Assembly: GCA_030295235.1 (NCBI GenBank)
Contig: AP026125.1
Location: forward strand, 620,001-684,000
Direction of reading: 5' to 3'
DNA from: Fistulifera solaris
Lineage: Eukaryota
Length of the DNA stretch: 64,000 bases
In this document: positions 36,706 through 47,154 of the stretch, one piece after another
Position numbering within the stretch: position 1 is the first letter of the stretch
How the letters are laid out: each line of letters begins with the position of its first letter
Notes under the pieces: model-generated
Database searches by the model: none
Seen by the model: the letters and a program-made list of their open reading frames with translations, nothing else
Told to the model about the DNA's origin: nothing
Program-made: the position numbers and the translations under genes

Positions 36706-39251
36706 GTTTTCGAACTTTTTGTGGGTGCTTGGTACGAAGTGATTATATGTGAGATTGTTTGTTTGTAGATTAATGAACTGATGTGTGATGAGAGAAATAT
36801 CAATGCGAAGATGTAATTGAACGCAGTGTGTCGCTCACCAAAAGGCGTCCGCCACCTTTTTCTCGTTTCTGAAGTTGGGTCACAACTATACTGGGATAGG
36901 CAGTCCCGGTCGCATCCCAGTAAGTACAGTCTGTAACTTTCTCTTTGGACTTTCCCTATAATTTCTGGCCTAAATCTGTGAATGACGACGGTACGGAGTA
37001 TCGAATCAACATAGGGAAAAATAACCAGTCAACCGTCAGTACTAGCTATCATCAAGGGGCTTATGTGTAAGTTGCATTACGCCCCTCTACTTTTTGAAAT
37101 AATCTGCGCCGAGGGCTCAGCTAATTTGGGAGCTTTGAGTTTTCGATATCTAAGTTCCGAGTTCGTTTGAAGTTTCGCACGATGTGGCTGGATGTATGAG
37201 CTAATTTGTAGGGCATAGGTGTGATTGTTCGTGATTCACAAGTCAGAACTTCAGTGCCTGTGCCTTTAGCTATTTTCTAAGCAGAGAGAAAGACCTAGAA
37301 ATTGATGAAGAAGTTGTCTTTGGTCTTTCTTGCTGTAACCGTAAACCGTTAGCTTGTAGCTCGTAGGGCGAGTTGGAACTTGGAACACTCAAGAATAAAC
37401 AGAGTTTCTAGGTGGAACGTCCGAGTTTACAGGATAGAGTAGAGTAACTCCGAAACGAACATAGCTTAAGGGAAATGGCTGATGACTGATGACTAATGAT
37501 TCAGGACTCAGGACTCAGGATGGAACGGAACAGAGAGCGTGAAACGTGAAACGCTTCTGACTTCTGACTTCTGAATCCTCTAGATTATTCATTTTCAATT
37601 TTCAATAGAGACGAACCAGCAGCTATCAGCAACAACAGTAGCTTTTGTGTTTAGTCTCTCTAACTAGTTCATCGTTAAGAAACTAGAATCGTCGCTAACC
37701 ACAGTAGAGAGATTAGAGATATTAATGATCCATGATCAATGACTCACTAGTTCTCATTCGGGACTCATGACAAACTTTAGGTTTTTGATCTTTTTCGAAT
37801 TTGAACACATTAGCTATTTTCTCCCATAATAGAAGCATGATATACCCACTCCTTAAGAATGTGAGAGTCGAAGTTCCGGGTTGTAGTGGTTGGCCCTTAG
37901 GCTGGAGTCCTGGAGTTAGGACTGAATTGCGAGTTTTGGCCTCTATGACGAGTGATTGATTACTTACCATTGCGTTTGATGTCGGCCTTGTAGCTGGTAG
38001 CTCCTGGAATTAAGCGTTGGGCGTGGAGTTTAGGGTCTTTTCTTAAATAACTATTTAGTTACTCGAGACGTCTTCGGATCCGATGTCGATATGATCATAT
38101 CTAAACCCTTAACGCCAGATTCCGAAGTCGACATTCGATGCAGCAAGCAGCACATGCTCTTAGATCGTCCAGGGTCTGTTAGCCGCTTTTTTACTCCGTA
38201 ATACTCCGTACTTGTTTCTAGGTTGTTTGACGATGACACACGTATGCACGGCACAAAATTGTACGGAACACGGACGTTCAAAGTGTGTCTCGCGAGTCGC
38301 GAGTAGCAAGTTGGCTGTCTACATGGCACGTCTGACCGTCGAGTTAGTCACGATTCATGATCATAGTTCATTGTGGCACCTGCAAAGCCAACTTTGAATT
38401 GAAGAACGGAGCGGCAAAGCTTATCTCTTGTCTTAGTCCGAAATATGACAAATCACCTAAGATCTTCTAAGGTTACGGTGGTCTGAGTATGACATTATGC
38501 TCGTCTCAATTTGATGAGGGCCTCCTTGAACTTACTTCTTAATTTTAACCTTGGCTAAAAGTACAAGCTGAACAATTGCACAACATAAAGCACCCGTGAT
38601 CGCTACCAGTATCATAAAAAATCCATTACGATTGTTCACGTTTGCGATTATTTTTTTGGGAGGAAATACATTAACAATCGACGTCGCAGTTTCGATCGCA
38701 GCTCGATTAAATTCTTTACTCTTTTACGCCAAAAGATCCGCCCAGTTTTTAAGAATCGACCATTGAAGATGAGCGTGGGTGGCTGTTGTGACGTTGGACA
38801 AGCTTTAGTTTTTAGGAAGGTGTTAGGTGTTTCGGCTTTTCATTACCTGGTAGTGTCTTACGTCATGAAGCTACCGCATACGTAACTCGGATTGTTACTA
38901 CAAATTGCCGAACGTCTCGTACATTTTCAGAAAGCCCTTTGTACTGACTACAGACACTGGTACATCTTGTCATATAGTACAACGTGGCACTATCTTCTAC
39001 AGAATGTACTACAATGACGGCTTGCCCTTTCGACTTTCGGACCTTCAGACTTCGGATCATCGGAAAGCGGAAAGTGCAACTTTTGCTTGCAACGTTGGCG
39101 AGAAAAGTGACGTGAAACGAAGATCATCAATCGATCGGCGTCTACCATCACATCCATTAACACATATCTCTTTGTTTTGTTGTGCGCATACAAGACGAGA
39201 GGTCGCTGCCAACTATTCCTTTATTCTGGGTACGTTGCACATGGTGACAGG

Positions 39252-40024
39252 ATGGTCACGGTAAAGCACAGTGGCAGCAACGTCGTGAAGATGCCGTTGG
39301 AATTATCCAACAAGTCTCTTAAATCTTTTCGATCGGATTCCTCCTTGTCATTCTCTTCTGCTCAAACAGATACTACTTTTGAGAAAGGAGGACGATTGCG
39401 CGTGTCGAAATCTCCGTCGCTCAGGAAGCTTTCTACAACTAGTTTTTCTGTTGACAGTCACTCCATGCAACGAGATGAAACCCCCTTACGACCCAATACT
39501 CCTGCACCTTATGGTCTGACCGGATTCATGAGTCAAAAGAAGTAGAACTGAATACATTTGCTCAGTATTTCTTGTTGATAGCCGTCGCCAGTCAACTGGG
39601 TGACATTCTGGATGAGCTCATTGAAATCATCGAGCTTCATCTTCATACGTTCCCGGTGCTTGTCGTCCTTGGTGTTCTGCCAAGGATCTTTCTTAAAAAA
39701 TCGAAAGCACAAGCGACCAAGAGCATCTGTTCAAACCAAAAGAACTCGTCTCTGGTTTCATTATCCTCCGCCGATATTTTGCGTGACATGGAAAAGTACT
39801 ACGCGACGAAAGGCGAAGACGAGGCGGTCCCTCAGCTAGACGTGAAGTCACCACCCCAACTTCGCCGTGTTGCTACACCCACAAATCAAGGCGACGAATG
39901 GGGCCATTTTGCAGATTTTGATGACTGTGTGGACCCCGTCGGAGAAAGTTTCTGTTTCCAGCGTCAGGATTCAGGACCAAGAGCTGTCCTGTCTCCTCTT
40001 CACGAAACAGAGATCGATGAGTGA
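39252..40024 (+). CDS. Hypothetical Ser-rich protein; exon structure unresolved
   Basis: Two consecutive coding-like ORFs (39177-39545 and 39572-40024, the latter ending DEWGHFADF...EIDE); no recognisable domain. Confidence 0.4.
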
Positions 40025-40219
40025 GTTCGTACAAAACTATTTCTCCGCATCTTTTGAATATATGCTACGCTACGCTATTGGTTCGTTGACAGGAACGAAC
40101 TATTGAACAAACAGGTCTCAGCGACTGAACTGCTAATAATATATAAAGGTTTTCTCCGTGCTATTACAATACTTTGTATTCATAGTGGATGTGAGACCTT
40201 GGCGCCCATCCGACTTCAA

Positions 40220-40625
40220 TCAGGGTTCGGCTATACATTTGCAATCGGTGCACGAGTAGTGATACCATGATAATCCCATCTGATACATGCACCCGCTTCC
40301 TACACAGGCGTCCCGATGTTCCCAACGGCAAATGCATTCTATCGACAATGAACTTAGTAAGATGTTCTCATGAATTTTGACTTTTTATCAGAAAACACTA
40401 CAGCCGTACCTCCTGTTGTTGCTGTGATTGTACCCGTGGCTTTAGGACAAAACTTAGTGTGTGCGATGAGAAACTGTAACATGAAGGAGAGCGGCTTGGT
40501 TCACACATCGAAACACTTACTCCGGCTGGTAATTGAGGCGCATCTTTGGGTGCCATCCCAGCGTTCACGAACGGAACGATAAAGAAAAGAGAAATGAACA
40601 CTAAAATCGTTCGAAATCGGGCCAT
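40220..40625 (-). CDS. Putative small secreted peptide, 3 exons (40625-40521, 40439-40410, 40338-40220)
   Basis: Signal peptide MARFRTILVFISLFFIVPFVNA; two GT-AG introns with ctaag branch points; the Cys-rich last exon needs a 1-nt correction. Confidence 0.55.
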
Positions 40626-41287
40626 CTTCCTAAATTATAAACATGATGCTTGCCATCGTCAACAAAGAATTGGAAAATTCGGGTTTGCCTCTGTCGATAA
40701 ATTTCCGTACGGGAGGTTACGTGAATTTCACGTAGACAATCGCAACCTTGTATCTGTTGTCTTTTACCTGTTTGGCGTTCCAATCAAGGTCGATTCTTTT
40801 GATACGTAGTAGGCCTTTATGCAATTATGTTGAGGATTGTTGCGATGTTTGTCGCTGTCGGACCGGAATTTCATTGAGATGGAACCCGGTAAGCTCCAAG
40901 TGCTACCTGCATCGATAAAATGCCTACGAGGCCTACGTGGATTTCACGTAGAGATTTAAAGCGTTGTGTCTTCGCTCTTTTCTACGTTTCAATTTAAAAC
41001 TAATAAACTACTGTTGATTGTTGATAGGTCTATTCGATGTTAGATCAGGGTTTAAATGAAAGTGCAGTCGAACACTCGGATCTTAGTTTTCCACGACTGG
41101 ATTCCAGTCACGTTGCTCCGGTTTTATTGTTGTTCGTTTTCGTTTACCATTGATATTGACTCAACTAAACCTGTTGTTTACATCCCTCTTCCAGGCAAAG
41201 TGTAGCTTTTATTGTTTCTTGACTCATGCTTTTGAGATTGAGTCGAGGGTGCATACGGAAGGGTTTTTAACAATTGCGCCGTACATC

Positions 41288-42704
41288 ATGATGATGGCGT
41301 CCGCCTTGTTCCTTCGAAACCATCGGCATCGCACACATTTCCGAAGATCGCCGTTAACGATCCATTCCAGTCTCGATGACATTATGAACGAAGTTCTGAA
41401 CGTCGGGAATTTTTCGCAATTTCAATTCTCTACCAACAATAAGCGCTCGGGTCCCGAAGATTGGTTGGCAATCGACTGGAATCGAGAAGAGCAACATGTC
41501 GTGGCGAGTCCTCCTTCGCCCGTAGATCAGGTCTGGATTCGCGATCGTCCCGTTTATATCAAGCGAGACGACCAATTGCGCTTACCGGGCTCACAACTTT
41601 CGGGAAATAAGGCGAGAAAGATGCTCACGCTCACGTGCCTGCAAGACTTTCCCGAATGTATAGTTAGTTACGGTGGGCCACAATCCAATGCCATGTTGGC
41701 ACTGGCCGCCGTGGTCCACTTTCAGAATCAAAAGATGAATAATGCAGACAACAAAAAGAGATTTGTGTATTACACCAAGAAACTACCACGCTTTCTGCGG
41801 AGTCAGCCGAATGGCAACTTGTTTCGGGCGTTGTTACTCGGGATGGAACTGGTCGAAGTGTCCGTCCAAGATTACAATGATTTGTTCGGCGGCGATTTTG
41901 GTGGAAGTCCAGAACCACCAAAGAATTTACCGCCACCGATTCCCGGTAAATCCATTTGGATTCCGCAAGGTGGCGCATGTGGAGTGGCCGTCGCTGGTGC
42001 GAAACTGTTGGCAGAAGAAATCATATCATATTGGCGTGACCACGGCAGAGGCCGACCATTGACCGTGGCTGTTCCCGGTGGCACTTGTTCGACGGCTGTA
42101 TTATTGCATAATGCGGTTCGTTCTTTACAAAGTGAGAACACGACTGCGGATAAACAACTCGACATTCAAGTTTTGGTGATACCGTGTGTCGGTGACGATG
42201 GTTATGCACGCCGACAAATGGCATCTCTCCTTTCTCAAATTCGACAGACTGGAACGATCGATGACGTACTCTGTGACTTGCCGGAAATTTTGCCTCCGTA
42301 TCCGGAGGATCTGTCAGGTCGTGGCCGAAGCAACACGGAGCAGTACGTGACATTTGGAACGCCTGATGCAAGCGTCCTGGATGTTTATCGCGAGATTAAA
42401 GATGAATGTGGCTTCCAATTGGATTTGCTGTACGGCGCATCCGCGTGGACTGTGTTGCTTCGTCACTGGCGATCCGAATCGTTGTGGGAGTCATCGGAAC
42501 ATCCTACGTCGGCCAATTTTCAGGGAAGACAGTTGATGTATGTGCACTCGGGCGGACTGGAAGGGATTAATAGTCAGGTGAGTGTTCTCGTTTTTGCCAA
42601 CATTCTGGATTCTGGATTGATTTGATGAAGAGCTCACATTTCTCTCATAGCTTCTTAGGTACCACTACAAGGGACTGGTTAGCATCGAGGATGTTCAAAT
42701 ATAG
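41288..42704 (+). CDS. PLP-dependent ACC deaminase / D-cysteine desulfhydrase family protein; intron 42578-42650
   Basis: IKRDD...SGNKARK, SYGGPQSNAM, IPQGG, LDLLY and YVHSGGLEG. Confidence 0.87.
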
Positions 42705-42785
42705 AGTCAGAAAAAGATGTAGCAGTGCAAAGCTAATTCATAATATATGTAGTGTGCTTAATGAATAATGACGACATTGTGAAAC

Positions 42786-44163
42786 CTAAGGCATCTGATT
42801 AGTTGCCGGCTGTTCTTGATTGGGCTGTGCAGCAGCAAATGAGTCCAATAAAGTCTTGAACTGGTGCTGTGAAAGTGCTGCTGCAGCAGCAAAGCCAGCC
42901 GCAAACTGCGAAGCCGCTTGCGAGGCCTGGAAGGCAGCAGCCAACTCACTCGCGGCAGCAAGTGGAGACGGCTTCTCGGTTCCAAATGCCGCAAAGTTGA
43001 GAGGAAAGCCTACAGGCATCGCCGCAGGAGGTGCAAACGATGAGGCCGGAATACCAAGAGCGGTTGGTAAGACGGGAGCCGGATGCGCGTTGCCACTACT
43101 TTCGGCTGCACCAAGGGATTGTTCGAACGCAGAAAGAGCGTGCTGATCACGAGGCGTCAAAGACGATAAATTGCGATCAAACGTGGACGTGCTTCCAGAA
43201 AGAACGCTTCCCGAGTAGATCGGCATGCGAGCCTTGGGACCTCCCTGGAGAGTGCAATCGTGCATGAGAACATCCTCCTTGGCTTTTTTCGGGCAGAGGG
43301 TGAAGCTCGCTGATTCGGTAGAGATCAGGCTCGTGATCTGGATCCGATGCGGGTTTCTTCGAAACACCAGGGCGCTTCATGCTTTTGCAAAGGTGAGGAA
43401 GCCCTCGTAAGAACGATTCGTGATAATAAGCATTGCGATCACGTCCTTGGGTGATTCGTCGGAAGCCCCAGCCGTTTGCCTGTGGAAAAAGAGTAGACAG
43501 AAAGGTTAGAATTGAAGATTCAACGAAAGGAAACCTTAAACGCCAAACCAAATCGGTCTAGGCTTCAAATTGAGCTGATGGGAAGCCATAGACGCCAAGA
43601 AATCAAATCTGATCCCGCCAAAACATAAAACCCGGTTCTAGGCGCCGCAATCGAACCCTAGACACACCAAAACACAACCTAGACCCCCCTAAACGCAACC
43701 TAGACCCCAAAAAAACCTACCTGGCGAATAAACGATGAATTTTTCGAATGCTCGAAGTAACTTGGTAGAATCCTTACTTCGAATTCTCTCGGTTTCAGGA
43801 TTCTCCACGCTCTGCCGTGGGGCATCCAACAGATGATATCAGCTAGATCGTCCCTGCTAAGGATCGCGTGCATCTTAGCTGGAAAGTTCGGGACCCTTCC
43901 TGGGAGAGTGAGCGGGAGAAGCGGATCAGGATCTTGCTCAGTCGAACGATCGGTGTAATAGAAGAAAGGAGCAGGGTTCAATACTGCGCCTTCCTCTGGT
44001 TCTGCCTCCATGGCTACATCCTCAATATTTTGCGGAGCAACTTCATCCTCCACGCGCGCGCGCTTTACGCTGAAACCAGCGGCCATATCCGGCCAATCCT
44101 CTTGTCCACGTTTACCATCTGCCTGAAGCAAAGCAACAGCAGATGCAGCGTCTGCTCATCCAT
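42786..44163 (-). CDS. Heat-shock transcription factor; intron 43480-43720; frameshifts near 44155 and 43290
   Basis: FPAKMHAILS, WMPHGRAW, SSFIRQ|ANGWGFRR and YYHESFLRG. Confidence 0.9.
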
Positions 44164-45035
44164 GTTGAAGTCCATCTTTGTCTATGAAAGCGACTTGCTG
44201 TTCAACAAATTTTGCAAGAAGTGAAAGTGTGCGTTGTCCTTGTGCGTACCGCGTACGCCTTTCTTCCTTCTCTCCGCGTAGGAGTTGGTACATCTTCTAC
44301 GTCTCGAGGAAAGTTCACCACAACCAGCGAAGCTCGATGGTCGATGCCAGCACCACGTTCTATAATTCTACAGCCAACCAAATAAAACCATGTACACTCA
44401 CTACTATAGTCATTTCCAACCGGTATTAAAGTGGTACGAGAAACGAGAAAGACTGGTCACTATTGTTTCGACAGTAGCAAAAAAATACAAGATTAACTTT
44501 AGGGATCGGGGACCTATTACCTAGTATTCTGATCGAATTTAGAATTTAGAAACCGCAGAACAGGGGAGAAAGAATACAGAATACAGCAATCATCACTGTG
44601 ATTTAGAATGTGTACAAGTAAGTTGAAAAGTAAGTTTTTTAGCAGTGAAGCACAGAATGTAGAATGTAGGTGGAGCTTCAAGTTCCGGTGGATTTTCGTC
44701 CGTCGTCCGGCGAACTGTGTCGACGGAGATGAACTATAGGGTTATGTGTTGTGACGTGGATAGCGGTAAAACACCTTGTGCTGGGCTATTGACTGACGCA
44801 CATTTTGCTGGCACCTCCATTGAAGCTGAAAGATGTGAGTGCGACGTCTCAAGAGCGTGACTAACATTAATAAAGTAAATCTAACGTCTAACGTTACTAA
44901 ATTTCTCAAAATTTTTTAGCTAATAACATTGGGTCGAGCAATTAAAAATGGTTGTTTCTTAAGAATGGTTGTCTACAGCAATATTGCTCTATAGTTAAGA
45001 TAGATTCCATTTTGAACGATTGTTTCAGGAATTGT

Positions 45036-46139
45036 TCAAGCATCAAGCACGTCTTTGCTATCCGAGTTACCAAAAGAATCGGCAAGACCAAGTGGATGAG
45101 GAACCCGTTGTGCACGACCAAACATCTGCACGATCCATTTGTCATCGCTGATCGGCGGCTTGGATTCATGCGTGGTTCGATCATCGGCAATCCAGGTGAC
45201 TCCGTCGGCGGGGAAGAAGAAAAGAGCTTTGCCCGCTTCTGGTTTCACCGCAATATTCAAACGATCAAAGTACGTCTCGCCTCCTTCGCGTAGTGTATTC
45301 AAGTAGCAAATACAAGTAGTGACTCGTTGTCCGCCCTTGTCTTTCCATTCGTCACCTTGAATCGGAGATGCATCTCCGTGACGTGAGAAAAGAGCCCCCG
45401 GATCGTAGCGCGTTACCACAGGTGCTTCCCAATTCGTCCACGGGTGCTTCGTGAGCGTTGAAACTTTCTTTACCAGTCTTCGAACAAATGGATGATCGGC
45501 TTCCGTGTTTAAAGCGACAGCGACGCTAGTCCTCGACGAGCGCTTCGATAATTGTCGTAGTAGCGGCAATACAACACCGTATGCCAGTGTACCGCTTGCT
45601 GAGAGTGCTATCACAACATTTGGGACAGCCACTTGTATAACGTCAACGAGTGAAAGGGCTTGTTGCTCTTCCATTGAGTGCAATACGGGCGGTATGCCGG
45701 CGAACAAAGATAGCAGAGGCAATGGCCATAATCGTGAAGCATCCAATGAAACTGCGGGAGGATTAGATCGGGTCATATTTCGGCCGTCAAGATTTTGAAC
45801 GTATTCTTGGTACGCTTCGCATTCTTCTTTCGTAAGAAAGTTGGAGATAGTATACACAAGGGGATCTTCCGAAAGAATTTCCGCGCCCTTCAAATCGAGT
45901 GCATCGCCTTGTAACGCAACCAAATCTATTCTGCCTGCCTTAGTAATATCTTCCTTCTTTACTTTGTTCAAGGAAATCATGTAATTCGGTCGGTACCGAC
46001 GATTCAATATTGGATTTCTGCAGTTTGTCGTCCATGACGGCAAGGAAAAACCGAATGTAGGACATCGGAGAATGAACGCGAGAAAGCAGCTTACACTTCC
46101 TAAGGTTAGCAATTCTTTGCAAAACAGTTTGGATCTCAT
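45036..46139 (-). CDS. Prolyl 4-hydroxylase-like 2OG-Fe(II) oxygenase
   Basis: NFLTKEEC, RY...HGD, QRVTTCICYLN, GGETYF, HES and KW. Confidence 0.85.
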   Translation of the reverse strand: MRSKLFCKELLTLGSVSCFLAFILRCPTFGFSLPSWTTNCRNPILNRRYRPNYMISLNKVKKEDITKAGRIDLVALQGDALDLKGAEILSEDPLVYTISNFLTKEECEAYQEYVQNLDGRNMTRSNPPAVSLDASRLWPLPLLSLFAGIPPVLHSMEEQQALSLVDVIQVAVPNVVIALSASGTLAYGVVLPLLRQLSKRSSRTSVAVALNTEADHPFVRRLVKKVSTLTKHPWTNWEAPVVTRYDPGALFSRHGDASPIQGDEWKDKGGQRVTTCICYLNTLREGGETYFDRLNIAVKPEAGKALFFFPADGVTWIADDRTTHESKPPISDDKWIVQMFGRAQRVPHPLGLADSFGNSDSKDVLDA

Positions 46140-47154
46140 GTAAAGTATCTTATAGCGTTATTGTTTTCACTCCATTTTATTTTAAAAGCAATAATAATGC
46201 AGCAGGATATGGTGTCTCCGCGGCAACAGAAAATCTTGGGGCTTGGGGCAAGGATTAGTCCCCTTGGAGTTGGAGATGTGGCGATGTGCGATGTGGTGTA
46301 GTACTTACAAAGTACCAATTCAGAGTTTCCGTCTGCCTAAATTACAGAATTACAGACTGCTGATTCTATTATAGATCAAAGTGTAGAACTTGACCAAACA
46401 TGAATTATAAATTTCCTTCAAGTGACAAAGCAGTTTTCAATTCATTCGTTCACCGAAATTCTTGCAATTTTTTGTCGTTGTTGCAATCAAGTCTTTGCAG
46501 TGTTTGGATTACCCGCCTTGATACGTCGAAAAAGCCTGCGATCCGCTGTCTGCCGTAAGTACTATGGACCAAAGTGTTGTCCGTTATCGCCAAGACTGCA
46601 GTTCAGTCACGAATCCTTTTGATAGCCGTTTTTACTCCGTAAATTCGTTCGCCCGATTGCGTGAACTCCATTATTTGTCATTGTTGCAATTCTTCTAGAA
46701 GCGTTTGAATTACACGTCACTATATTTATGTCAAAGAGCCTTGAGAAATGTTGTCTCCCACTTCTATTTTGACCCGAAGTGACGGGTCTCGGAGACGACG
46801 AGGAGGAGTCGTCGTGGTTTAGGTCCAGCCAGATTGTCACCTCACCAAGATTACACTACCAAGAAGCAAGGAGGTGCCAAAAAGATGATTCAATTGTTTT
46901 ACACTCAATATCACAGTCAATCACTTTTTCGCCTCTTAAAACGTTTTTCAGAAAGTCTGTTAGTGTGATGTCTGCCAGTCCCCAGAAAATCTGGGTAAAT
47001 GTGGTCTTACAGAGCACAGAAAATCTGGGAGAGTTCCGTCTGCAAGTCGCCCAAGTTCGGAGCATTTTTCTTGGTAAAATAATACTGAGTATTGACAACG
47101 ACGATAGAAGGGGACCATTACAAAGAAGTGGAAACCACGATCTATTTCTGATCC

